DNA of 64,000 bases from Paragordius varius (Eukaryota > Animalia > Nematomorpha): the NCBI GenBank assembly GCA_964247055.1, contig OZ176056.1, positions 7,502,001-7,566,000 on the forward strand, written 5' to 3'. Under the pieces are notes generated by a model that saw only the letters and a program-made list of their open reading frames with translations, was not told the DNA's origin and did no database searches. Positions 11,408 to 24,900 of the stretch are shown piece after piece. The position numbers were made by a program, and so were the translations under genes. Every line of letters begins with the position of its first letter. The first letter of the stretch is position 1.

Positions 11408-13340
11408 TATATATATTTATAAAAATGGAAAATGTTGGCTTTGTGATCTGTTTCCGGAAAACCGGTAGACCCAATGAAATCCAAATGTGGAAAAAATATA
11501 TTCATTAATAATGCCTCGACAACAGCTTCGCTCTTTTTTGAATTAGGCCCCCAGTTTGGGCCCATCCCGTGTAAAAAACGGTTTTTTGAAGTCCACAAAA
11601 ATCGTGTCTTTGAGAGGTTGGACCAATCAATTTGAAATAGGATTTTTGTTTAGTTATTTTCGATAGCGCCGAACATAGTCCGATCGTTTTTTCAATTTAG
11701 GCCCTCTTTTTACCCGCTCTCCCCGTAAAAGACCATTTTTTTCAAAAAATTAAGTCCACAAAAATAATTTTTTGAAACTATTTTTCCCCCAAAGTATGAG
11801 ACCGTAAAAGTATTCCCTGTTAAAAGGCAAAAAATTTAAAATGTTTCTTTGATGATAGCTGCTGGGTAAGAACATACCCGCTAAAAACTGACCCGTCATA
11901 TATAAATAGCGTGCCTTTGGCTAAATTTAAGAAAACCTATCAGGCCATATGAGTTCAATAACTGCTTAAAATATTATCCGTAACAAGGCAAAAATTTAGG
12001 TCTTGCGGTGTTTTAATATTAGCCGTTAATTAGGCCCTTCACGCCCTGAAAAATGCACCACCATAGAATGATTTTTTGGTTTTTAGGCAATTTTTCCAAA
12101 ACCTAATGAGAGCATATGGAATCAATCATGATTTCAGGTATTCTCCGTAAAAAGACAAAAATTTTAATCAAGCGCTTTTTTTGTATCAGCCTCTGGGCAG
12201 GGAGCTACCCGCCTACAACTGCGCCACCATATCAAAATTGCGTTGTTTAGGAGTTAATTTGATCAGGCCATATAAGTTTTATAAGGGCCTGAAATACTAC
12301 CCGTAAAAAGGAAGTCATTTAAGTCGAGCGGTTTTTTTAAATTAGCGGTTAAATAGGCACTTTATGCCCTTGCGCTATCATTGAACTATTTTAGTTTTTA
12401 AGTTATTCTTCCATAAACTTTTAAGAACATATGGAATGAATGATGGTTCCAGAAGGCAAAATTTTTTACGACGCCTTTTTTATATTGGCCTCTGGGCAGG
12501 GAGCTACCCGCCTACAACTGCGCACCAAATCGATACAGCGTGACTTTGGAGGCAAATTTTAGAAAACTTATTAGGCCTTATGAGTTCAATAAGGGCTTGA
12601 AATATTACCCAAAAAATAGCCAAAATTTGAGTAGAATGGTTTTAAATTACCCCTTAATTAGGCCCTTGCCCTGAAAGATGCGCCACCATAGAATGACTCT
12701 TTGGTTTTGGGGTACCACGAGAGCATATGGAATCAATCATGATTACAGGTATTACCCGAATTAAGGCAAAAAATTTAATCGAGCGTTTTTTTGTTTCGCC
12801 CATGGTTATAGGCTACCCGCGAAAAACTGCGTCACTATCTCGATACAGCCTGCTTTTGGAGCCAAATTTCAGAAAACTATGAGTTTAATAGGAACAATGG
12901 ATTCCATGATAATCCAAATATTCCCCATATGAGGGCAAAATTTTAACCAGCGCTTTTTTATACCTGCCCTTAGGAAGACCCTCCAAAAACTGCGCCACTA
13001 TATAGAAATTTTATGCCATATGAGCTCATTAAAAGCTTATATTATCCCTAACTAGGTAAAAAATCAGGCGTTATTTTATAAGCTGTTAATTTAGGGCCCT
13101 TATGCCCTAAAAATGCGCCATCATATGAGGATAATTTAGAGTTGAGGTATTTTTTCGAAAATCCATGAGACGATGGTATCAAAGATGATTCTAAATATTT
13201 GCCCTATAAAGGCAAAGAATTTAACTCAGCGCTTTTTCCATATAGGTCTATGGGTAGGGGCCTACCGGTTTAAAACTGAGACGCCATACAAAAATGGCGT
13301 GGTTTTGGAATTAATTTTCAAAAACATTAAGAAGCCATAC
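11408..13340 (+). mobile_element. Long-subfamily Helitron with internal ~155 bp tandem array; 3' terminus not found
   Basis: TATATATATTTATAAAAATGG 5' end; ten recurrences of an AACTGCG/AATGCG core at 124-166 bp spacing; no hairpin-CTAG seen. Confidence 0.7.
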
Positions 13341-13575
13341 GAGTTCAGTTAAACACATTTGTAATTCGTATAATATCATTCTTTCCTTTAATAAGGGACC
13401 ACCGATCATTATAATTTGTATAAATTTACTTTGAATCATAAGATATTATAGAAATTTATAAAAAATGTAGATTTATTTTTGTTAATCTCTTAAAACCGAA
13501 TTATCCCGATAAATATAATCAACAAAATTTTAGTTTTTCGAGTTATTGGGATCGTTAAAAAACTCGCGATCATAA

Positions 13576-14358
13576 ATGGGGACGGGAATTACAAAAGTTT
13601 AAGAAGCCCTGCTCTAGAACATCAGTAATCAAATCGCGGCCCACATGGTCATCAAATATTCATTTATTTTTTTGATACACTTATTAAATATATAAATATC
13701 TGAATATGTGTAAGCTGTGCACATGTTGAGATTTTAGAGTGCTCGGATGCTGAGATAATTTTGGTGAGTACTCTGCTCTATAAATAGGAAAACTGCATGG
13801 AGCCTTTTTTAGTATAGAAAATGGGCTTTTAATAAAAAATACTTTCACATATTTACAAGCTTTAGTGTAATAAACCTCCTCAAGACAAAGGTAAGAAACT
13901 CTTAAACATATCAGACATTACTCTCCTTAATGTGTACAATTTATTGGCACTCTGAAATCCTCTATGGCGCATTTTATTTTTGATTAGTTTTCTTTTAGCA
14001 ACAAAATTCTTCATCACTTTTATATAAAAATTTTAATCTGAATATAAATTATATTTCAATTATCAGGGCTATATCTCATTATTTTAAGCAACTAAAACAA
14101 AGTCTCCAATTCATATTTTTTAAATTATTTTATTCACATGATTTTATGTCACTCTCAGTATCAGACGAATCAAAAAACGCGGAACTTGAAAATTTAATTG
14201 TGAAATGGAAAAATGCCATACAAAAATCACTCGAAGATTTAAAAAACATTCTTAATCAAGAAAATGATTCCGGAATCACAATTCAAAGTATGCTAAAACA
14301 ATACAATATAAACCCCGATATAATTGGATATGACATTGAAACTGAAGAATTTATATGA
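13576..14358 (+). CDS. SFR1: SFR1/Mei5-like recombination factor; last exon 14159-14358 well supported; tentative 5' exons 13576-13596, 13618-13647, 13740-13763, 13788-13811, 13866-13890 (107 aa)
   Basis: C-terminal ELENLIVKWKNAIQKSLEDL...TIQSMLKQYNINPDIIGYDIETEEF matches the Sfr1/Mei5 C-terminal pattern (L..LI.KW....Q..L..L ... L..LL.....D...L.YD.E.E.F). Strong donor at 13891 (GTAAGA) with phase 1 matching the acceptor at 14158. 5' structure speculative. Confidence 0.55.
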
Positions 14359-14396
14359 AATACTAATACGATATTTATTTTAATAAAACATATAAT
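14359..14396. terminator. 38-nt gap between convergent stop codons with AATAAA on both strands
   Basis: TTTATT at 14374-14379 and AATAAA at 14382-14387. Confidence 0.4.
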
Positions 14397-17300
14397 TTAA
14401 CTATTCTTCATTGTTTCTAAGTGAACCTTTATATCGCCATAATCTTCGGTATTGAGGAGAATCAAAACCTGTATATAAAACACTTGTATAAAATATTATT
14501 GGATGCACATCAAAAAAATCATTTTTTCTAATAAAAAATATGACATAAAACATTATGAGAGACTCAATTTATGCAGTACTGAAAATTCCTTTATAATATT
14601 TTTTTAATTGACATTCTTTATTGTTTGAACTTTTTTTATCAAAGCAATAGAGTTTATAAAAGATTAATGAGTTTTTAAAATCTTAAAATAAAAATAGTAA
14701 TTCCTCTCCCTTATATCATAATTCCGATTCTGTGAAAAACATATGGCTACTATACACATTTTTAACTATTATAACATTTTAATAATTCAATGGTTATTTA
14801 GTTTTTTTCAATATTTTATACATATATAATTATAATAGATTATTATTCTACTCAACCATTTTTTTAAAAATGATAAAGTTACAAAATTTAATATTTTATA
14901 GAAGAAAAAAAGGCGTACCTTTTCATTAGCCAAAAAAAGTAGAGTGAGAAGTAATATAGGTTCAGATACATCTTGAAACATATTGAAGGTAGACTCATCA
15001 TTTTTAACACCCATATTATCCTTCAATTATTTATATAAAAGAAATAAAATTATTAAAACAAAACATAAAAATTAGAAATAATTTAATTTTGATATACTTA
15101 AATAAATTTTTGATTGCTAAATTTATGATTGAGTTATTATCGATTATTATTCACTCTTAAATAATTCTCACCCTCAAACAATTCAAATTCACCCTAAAAT
15201 TAAATTATATGTTTTCGAGCTAATAATATAACTCATAATACGTTATAATTTATTATTTTTTCAGCATTATATTAATTTTAAACTAAATTTAATTTAAAAA
15301 TAAATAAAGGTAATTAAGTTAGATGAATCTAACGAAAATTCATTAATAAATTTATTATTAATTTGCTGATATTACATTATATCATTCTAAAACATCTAAT
15401 TTATTTTACGGTGTTTGTAATTTAAAGGTGAATTCAAACTGTAAATGTTATAAATAATTGAGTTATTAGCAATTTATATATCTACTCCTTATTTAAGAAC
15501 TAAAATATTTTTTTGAATTTTCACACGATTTGTCTTTAAATTTAAATTCTTACTGTAGATCTTATCGAATCACGTAATCGAGAAAAGTAAGTCGCATGGT
15601 TTAACAAGGGTCCCCCCTTTTCGTTTTCATTTTGATCATCAGGATTCTTATTGACACGGTCAAATTGGGAAAATAAAATCTATAAATACAAACATATATC
15701 AAATAAGGCGTAAAATATATTTAATGGTAAACATAAAAAGGCAAAAAACTGAAAATATTTTACGAAAATCATAAAAATTTGATTAAATTAATATATATAT
15801 GCATATATGTATGAAACTAAAAAATATTGTGTTGAACGTTTTTTAACAACCTTATCCTAACTTTTATTAAATTAATTTAAAAAATTAAAAAAGCAAAAAT
15901 ATGATTGTGTATTTATAAAAAACAGTCTGTCGATTACAGATTTTATAACTTTATTATATATACAGTAAAAATTGAAATGATACGGACAAAACGTAAAATA
16001 TAAAGCCAAATATTTTATTCAAAAAGACAACCATACTTTTCAAATCTTGATTTTTAATATTTAAATAATTGTTAAAAATTGCAAAGTATGGAATAGAGAT
16101 GTATATTGGTAACACAATTAATCATATATTTTATAATTGTAAATGAATCATATATATGGGAAAATTTAAATTTAAAAAAAAAGAAATATTTGTCTTTATA
16201 TGTTTACGTTTTGTCCGTATAATTTAAGTTTTTACTGTAAAACTGGATTCCTATCTATTTTTATCGTTTCAAACTTTAAAATTACTTATATTAAAGGTAA
16301 TATACTTTTCAAATTTTTATGATAAAAAAGTTTAAAATATATATATTATATAAAACATACTGGTGACATGGGGTGTAAAGGGTTTTTATTATTGGAATTT
16401 ATTTCAACATTTTCTTGACTATTTTGAGGAGGGCTTTCCACTAGCAAATTCCTTTTTAAAAGTTCCCACAATCGACGTTTTAGGGCACGCATATCAGTAA
16501 AACGCCGCTTACGTTCATATTGAATTAGGAGATTTTCAATCTGTGCATAAGAAGACAGATAAATTATGAGAAATATACCATTTGCACTTCAAGAGTATCC
16601 TAAAACACTTCAACTTGGTCCTTAAACACTTCAACTTGGTTTAAAATAATAATTTAAAAATAAAAATTATAATTCAAAAATCACTTTTTTGTTTCAAACT
16701 AATTTTTTTTTTCAATTTAACAAAATTATTAACTTTTAAATGTTTTCAATGAAAAATTGTTAATAAGAACCCAATTTTAATTACGTATTAAAATCCTATA
16801 GATATCTAAAACAATTTTAAGAAATTAATAAATATATACGGTTTCTCAATGATTAAAAGTTGATATTGATTTAAAATTTATGTTAAATGATAGAAAATAG
16901 GTTAAAAACGGTAAAATAGATCAATGATATACAATTTGGTTAATAAAAGTTAAAAACTAAACAATTTTAAGGACTAAGTTGAAGTGTTCAAGGACCAACT
17001 TAAAATTTTCAAAGACCAACTTGAAATGTTCAAGGACACTCTTTAAGTGCAATGGTATATTTTACCATGTAAATTTGTACCATTGATCGAAAGTAATGAA
17101 TAAATTAAACTTTTGTGTAATATAGTAAAAAATTTATAGGGATTATCGAAAAAAAGTATATACTATGGAATATAAATAATTATAGTGTCATTTTTTACAT
17201 GAATATATTGAATTTTATGGAAAAGTTTATGGTATAAATAGAATAACTAAAAACTTATATTTAAAATTGTATAACCATATTAAAGACAAAACAACTTAAA

Positions 17301-20300
17301 AAAATAAATAAAGACAAATATTTTTTTTTAAAAGACAATAATTTAAATTTATTTATTAAAATTAGAACTCATTGTTTAAAATTGTGCAAAGTATAAAATA
17401 ATGTATATTCATAATACAATCAATTATGTATATTTTGTCATTTTATAATTAAATAATTTATGTGTAAAAAATTAGTGTTTATAGATAGTATGGTTTCTAT
17501 TTTGAAAAGCAAAGATATTTGTCTATATATTTTTATGTATTGACTGTATAATTTTGAAACTATAGTATTTTTTAACCGTAATCAAAAGGATATACCAAAA
17601 ATTTAAAGATATATAGTGGCTTCAGAAATTTCATTTTTTTTTAGTTTTATAAACTTTAACCTTTTTTAAAATGCGTGTTTTTATAAAAAATTAAAATTTT
17701 TGAATATTTTTAAAATTTTTTTACCTTTCTTGTGGGTTGAAGTAATTCTTGACCCATATACGTTTCATTCATGATATCTAAAAAAATTAATTTTAAATAA
17801 GTTTTACTTTAAGGAAAAAATATTTAATAATAGCTTATTAATTATTCATAAACCTGGAATTTTGTATTTTAAAATGTGTTATGAAACAAAAAAGTAATAA
17901 AAGGCAACGAAATTTTTTTTAAAAAATAATATATTTTTATTTAAATTTACAAACGGGGAATAGAGATAATTTCAGTACTACTGAAATTATATTTTCTATT
18001 CAAAAATAATTTTATATATATTTGCAGTTCAAGAGTGTCCTTGAACACTTTAAGTTGGTCCTTTAACTTTTTTGTTTTTTTTTTAACTTTTATCAATTAA
18101 ATAGTATCATTCATGTACTTTATCATTATAACCTATCTTCAATAAATTCAATATAAACTTTATATCAAGTTATTCAGAAACCTTATATCTTTATTAAGTT
18201 TTTAATATTAAATTTAAATAAGATTTTAGCACGTGTAATTATAATAAAGTTTTCTGGGTTGTTAATTACAATTTTTCATCTAAAACATTTATGTTAAATT
18301 GGGAAAAAATTAGTTTAAAGCAAAAAAAGTGGTTTATAAATGAAAAATCTTTGTTTTTAATATATACAATAAATTTAGAAAATTAGGTTAAAAAACAAAA
18401 AATAAATGCAAAAATTATGGTTAAATCCAAACTTTAAGTGTTCAATAACCTACTTAAAGTATTCAAGGACCGACCAACTTAGACTGTTCAAGGACACTCT
18501 TGAAGTGCAAATGGTATATATCACATTTTACAAAATATTAACTTTTTTACACCAAAAAAATACCATTTTTCTAGATTTTAGATTTCTACTTTATATTTGT
18601 TTTAAAATTATTAGATTATTAATAATTGATCAAAATACCATTGTTTTCAGCTTGAATTGATATATTCTCTGCAATTTGCAGAGATTTATTCCCAGATAAT
18701 TGATTGTTTTGATTATGGAAACTTTCATCATCATCGAAATCATTATTATTTTCGCAATCACCAGTGAAAGAATTATCATTCTTATTATGATTTAATATTA
18801 AAGTTTTTTCGTCGTTTAATATATCCCCTTCGATGTTTTGGTGACTAAAATTTGCAGTTTTAGAATTTTTAATAATTAAATCTTGTTGTTGTAAAGATAT
18901 GTGTTCTAACCATTCATTAGCTAAGGTTTGAGCTAAAATAGATTGAATTTTGACATAAAAATATATAAAATTTTCAAAATTCTAATATAAGCTTAATGAG
19001 AATGTTTGATAATTAAATTTAATAAATTAACTATTTTCAAAAATCTACGGTGTTATGGGGTGGAAAAATTAAGCTTCTAGAGACAATTACCGTTGAAAAT
19101 TAATTAAATTTGATTTTTGAGTTATAATTCTTTGTTTTAGATTGCAGAGTATGAAATAGAGATGTATATCGGTAACACACAATCAATGATATATTATTAT
19201 ATTACAAATGTTATTAAATCATTTTTGTAGTAAGTATAAAAAAGTATAGTTGTCTTTTGAAAAAAAATTTTATCTTTATATATTTTAACAATTAGTTTTG
19301 GCCGTATAATTTCATTCTATGTTTAATGTATTTTTTTTTCAAAAACCACTCTCAAAAACAATTTATTCGTACTTTGTAACAAAGATTGATGTGTCAAATT
19401 TTCAACTGTCAAGGCAAAAACATTGTTTTGAGATGTCCGGAAACTAGTTTTTTCAACATACGTAGTATAATGGAGTAAATGTTCCGTACTATTTAACTTC
19501 GATAAGCATGAGTTTTGATCATTTGATATACTGTTTACCTGTCTTTTATTTTGAGCATTTTGTCGTTGAGTTGATAATATGAGGTTTGTGGTTATGTTTT
19601 GTAATTCTGCAAATTCCTTACGGATTATATTATGGGAGGATTTTTGAGATTGTTGCCCCATGTCAGAAATCTTATATATATATATATATATATGTGTGTG
19701 TAATATATACACTGAGTTGGTCTTTGAACATTTTAAGTTCGTCCTTGAACACTTCAAGTTGGTCCTTTAACTTTTTATATTGTTTTTCACTTTTATCAAT
19801 CAAATCGTATAACTTTCATCTATTTTATCGTTTTAAACCTATTTCCTACTATTTAACATAAATTTTAAATCAATAAAAACTTTTATTCATTCAGAAACCG
19901 TATATCTTTATTAATTGATCAAAATTATTTTGGATATTTATAAAATTTTAACACGAAATTATAAAATATATAAGTTTTCTGGGTTAATATTTACTATTTT
20001 TCGTTGAAAACATTTACAAGTTAATAATTTTGTTGAATTGGGAAAAAATTATTTTGAAACAAGTGGTTTTTTAATTAAAATTTTTTATTTTTAAATGAAT
20101 AAATATATAGTATAGATTAAAAATAATAAAATAAATATGGTTAAATTAAATCTTAAAAATTTTAAAGACCAACTAGAAATGTTCAAGAACCCACTTAAAA
20201 AGTTCAAGGACCAACTTGAAGTGTTTAAGGAGACTCTTGAAGTGCAAATGGTATAATAAAAGTAAATAATAAAAAAATAGTTATTGGAATAAATCGTAAA

Positions 20301-21401
20301 AGATATTTGTTAATTAACGTTTTAGTTTTATTAACAAAAAAATGTTGGTCGCAATTTAGTTAAAAAACTGTCGCACGATTGTGATAAGAGTTATTTTTAG
20401 ACAATATTTTCTAACTTTATTATTAGTGAATCTAATAACTAAGATCTTTGACTTTTACCTTTGATATTTTACCCACAAACTTTCCGAATTTTCATTTATA
20501 TTAAATTTGCAATAAAACATAGTTAAAATTCAATTATTTTTATTTTAATTTGACTTTATTGTGGGATAATTACAAAAATATAAATAAATTTTTATTATTG
20601 AACATAAAATAATATTGATAAAAATCAGTTTTTATCATACAAAATTGATTATATAGAAATAAAAATTTAAAAAACATTAATAATTAAGTAGAGTTTTAAC
20701 TATATGAAAAAAAAACCCATCAAATACAAAGTTTTTACCCTTAAAAAAGCATATATAAGCCCGTCGAGAAAAAAAAACTCAAATTCAATACTTGAAAGCA
20801 TGGCATTAGGGCTAAGCTAAACAATTCATTTTGAATCCGTTTTTCATGTTGATTCCACCACAATAATTTTTCGTTCATTTTAGTTTTATTGGTATAAAGT
20901 TTCGTAGTAATATTATTATTATTATTCGATAACAACATATCGTCATTAAAGATATTAGTTTCATGTTTAATGAAAATTAATGTATCCAATTCAGTGAGTG
21001 GTATTGATTTTTGTAAAAGGCTATTTGCCTTACTTATCCAGTTATTTAACGTAATTTTAGCTAAAACATATAAAAAATTAAATATGTGTGTATGTATACA
21101 GTAAAAATTGGCATTATACGGACAAAACAATATTTTTTTTAATAAAAAAAAACAATCTAACTTTTTAAATCTTGTGATTTATTTGATATAAAACTCAATG
21201 TTTGAAATTATCAAGTATGTAATAGAGATGTATAATGGTAACACAATCATTTATATATTTTACAATTTTAATTCAAAAATTTATATTTTAAAAAAATCGA
21301 AACTAAAAAGGTATAGTTATTTGTCTTTATATTTTTACGTTTTGTTTTCCGTATATAATTTTTACCGCCTTTATATTTCTTTATTTCTAAATAATCCTTC
21401 T

Positions 21402-21432
<31 letters not shown>

Positions 21433-21893
21433 TTTAACTTTTATAATTTAATTTTTTAATACATGTATCGAAAAAAATTTAGTAAAAAATATTTTTTAAA
21501 CATTTTATAATTATTAGAGCTTACGCAGTCTAGTGGTGGTTTTTCCATTTTTGGAGCTATGATATAACGTTTCAAAGTTGGGTTGATTTAAGGCAGGGTT
21601 TTCTAAATGTTTCAACATAACATAAATTCATATACCGTTTACATTTTAAATTTACTCTTAAACAATCCTTGAACAATTCAAATTCTTCCTTGAACAATTC
21701 AAATTATGTGTCGGGAAAATATAACTCCTCATCATTTATATGATATATATTTTTACGCCATAGTTTATTTTTTCAGCATTATATGAAATAATTAAACAGA
21801 ATTTCATATTTTAAAAATAGTATAAAATAAAGGTGAAATAACGCATAATTTTTATTTTAGGGTAAATTTGAATTGTTTAAGGGTAAATTATAA

Positions 21894-21930
<37 letters not shown>

Positions 21931-24900
21931 TCACAGTTTAAAAATGAAATTATTCAGAAAAAAAGAAAATCATATTTTTTACACCTTTAATTTAATTAAT
22001 AACCTATTGTTTTATTGGTAACACATTAGATTATATATATTTGTAAAAAAGTATAAAAAATCAGGTTTAAAAAAATATGGTTGCCTTTAAAAAAGTATAA
22101 AAATTAATTTATTAAGATAAAAAAACTGAAAAACCATTTTCCATATTTTCATGAGGGTCATTAGGTATATTAAATAAGATTTTAAATGGTTTTTTCAATT
22201 CCCTAACACCACTTTGTTGTACAGTTGATACTTTTCTATTATTGTTGTTTCGATTGATGAGATTTTCAGAGGTTGAATTTGTGAAGGCTGGATCTAGTTA
22301 TAAGAAAATAAAGTAATAAATTTATACGGACAAAACGCGTAAAAATATAAAGACAAATATTTTTATAAAAGATATGATTCTTTTTTAATCTTGATTTTTT
22401 TAAATAAAACACATTGTTATAAACCGCAAAGTATGAAATAGAGATGTTTAATGGTGAAACAATCTATTATATATTTTAAGTATCTAATAAAATTATTTTT
22501 AGAAAAATAATTAAGAACTTAAAGTAAGTATGGGGTTGTCTTTAGAAAAAAAATGTCTTTATATTTTTACGTCTTGTTTTCCGTATAATTTAAATTTTTA
22601 TTGTAAAATTTTATTGTTAAAAAATAAGCTTTTATATCATTTTTTAAGCTTTTTTTATAATTTATATATTTATAAAAATGGAAAATGCTGGGGCTTTGTG
22701 ATCTGTTTCCAGAAAACCCATTCAAATCCAAATATCGAAAAATTATAATCATTAATGAATGCCCCGACAAAAGCTTGGCCCTTTTTTGAATTAGGCCTCC
22801 AGTTCGGGCCCACCTGGTGTAAAAAACGGTTTTTTTTGAAAACAGAAGTCCACAAAAATCGTGTCTTTGAGACAATTTTCCGGAGAACGTGTTGGACCAT
22901 TCATTTACAAATATGATTTTTGTTTACTTATTTTCGATTGCGCCGAACATAGTCGTCTCACTTTTTTAATTTGGGCACTCTTTTTACCCGCTCCTCCCGT
23001 AAAATGCCATTTTTTTCAAAAAACAAAGTCCACAAAAATAATTTTTTGAAATTTATGGCCCAAGTAAACAATTTATTAGTATGAATGCACCCTTTTAAAA
23101 TCCCTATGAGATCATAGTTATTTAATAATGTTTCGAAATAATCCACATATGTGGATCATTTTATTGTCCCTTTTTTCAAATAGCCCCCCCCCCCAGAAGT
23201 CCGAAGGATTTCCTCGGGCTGCGTAGCACGAGAATACACTAGTAAAAAATATAATTTTTACCTGTTCTCGTGCGTAATTAAACGGCAACGATGGTAGTTT
23301 TAAAATTTTAATCTGAAATTATATACATTACAGGTTTAAGATTCCTTTTTAAATTATTAGACGACTTAAAAAGATCTTAATACCAAATTTTTTATGTGAA
23401 TTAGATAAATTTTACCGCTAATTAATCAGAGTAAATGATTGAATTATTATTATATATTAAATTTTTTTTACAAAAAACTGATATAACACGGACAAAATGT
23501 AAAAATATAAAGACAAATATTTTTTTACAAACCAAAAAACAATCCCATACATTTTAAACCCTTAATTTTTCTCATATAAACCATTTAATAACAATCTTAA
23601 AATATATAATTGATTATTGTAATAACCATATTCATATCAATTTCAAACACTTTACAATTTTAAATAATCAATTATATTTTAAAAAACTCAAGATAAAAGT
23701 ATAGGTTTGTTTCTGTTAGGAAACAATATTTGTCTTTATATTTATACGTTATGTCCGTATAATTTCAATTTTTTAATGTATCTAAGAAATATTTTTGGAG
23801 GTTTCTTATATTTAACTCTTTAAAAATTATACATTTTAGGATTAAAGTATGCATTTTAATGATTGCTTATTTCACACTACAGTTGGGTAATTTGCAACAC
23901 ACAACAGTAGTGTATGGAAAAAAGAAAGGAAACAATTATTTATTCCACATTTTGTTGTTTTTTTCCATACACTACTGTTGCGTGTTACAAATTACCCTAC
24001 AATAGTGTGAAATAAGCAATCATTAAAATGTATATATACTATAAAATATGTGGAAAAAAAGTCAAAATTTAGCATACTTTGAGATCGTAGGAAGCGTTTT
24101 TCTAGAATATTCATAACATTGGACATATTGAACGTAGGTAATAAGCTTGATGTTTGATGTGATCCATTTGTTAAAACAGTAGTTTGAGGAAAAATGTGTT
24201 GGCTCTTCGTATTGAGATTGTTTATCATTTCAGTAATATTATCCACATTTAATTGATTTCTGGGGAAAAAATTTAAAAAAAAAATTTTTTTTTTTAAAAA
24301 AAAATAAAAATTTAAAGTTTTGAAAAACTCATTGTGTACAAAAATTTACCATTTACACTTCAAAAAATTCACTCCCTTGAACAATTCACTTTCACCTTCA
24401 AATAATTTATGTGTTAATTATCAAAATTTGATTATATTATTTTATTTAAAAAAAATAAATTTTGTTTTAATTTGAAATAATTCTAAAACTATGCCATAAA
24501 GATATATTTCGTATTAATATTAGATTAGCCCGAAAACATATAATTTATTTTTGGGGTGAATTGGTACTGTTCTAGGGTGAATTTGGTATAAACAATAAAA
24601 TTTAATGAACAATTTCTTTAAATGTTTAAAATATAAGGGAGATTGATTATATATATATATATATATATAAGTAACCTTTATTAAATTTACACCTGGACAC
24701 AAAAAATTGCAACAATAGGTACTTTTTAAATTTATGCCTCTATCTATATTGATATGAATCATTTAAAAAACTTTTGATTAAAAAAAAAAATTAAATTAAA
24801 TATTAAATAAAATTTTACATCTGGTTGGTTGAATTGGTTGTTGTTTCATTTGTGGGTCTTAAAAACTTTTCAACTTCTATAAATAATAACATTTATATAT

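Noticed and set aside
13710-13737. 28-nt GTAAGC...TTTTAG as a coding intron of the SFR1-like gene
   Set aside because: Splicing gives ATG T|AG, an immediate stop; it could only be a UTR or alternative intron.
21895-21927. (TA)n microsatellites (also near 30310, 41085, 44240, 50135, 52615)
   Set aside because: Ordinary simple repeats; of interest only as MITE neighbours.
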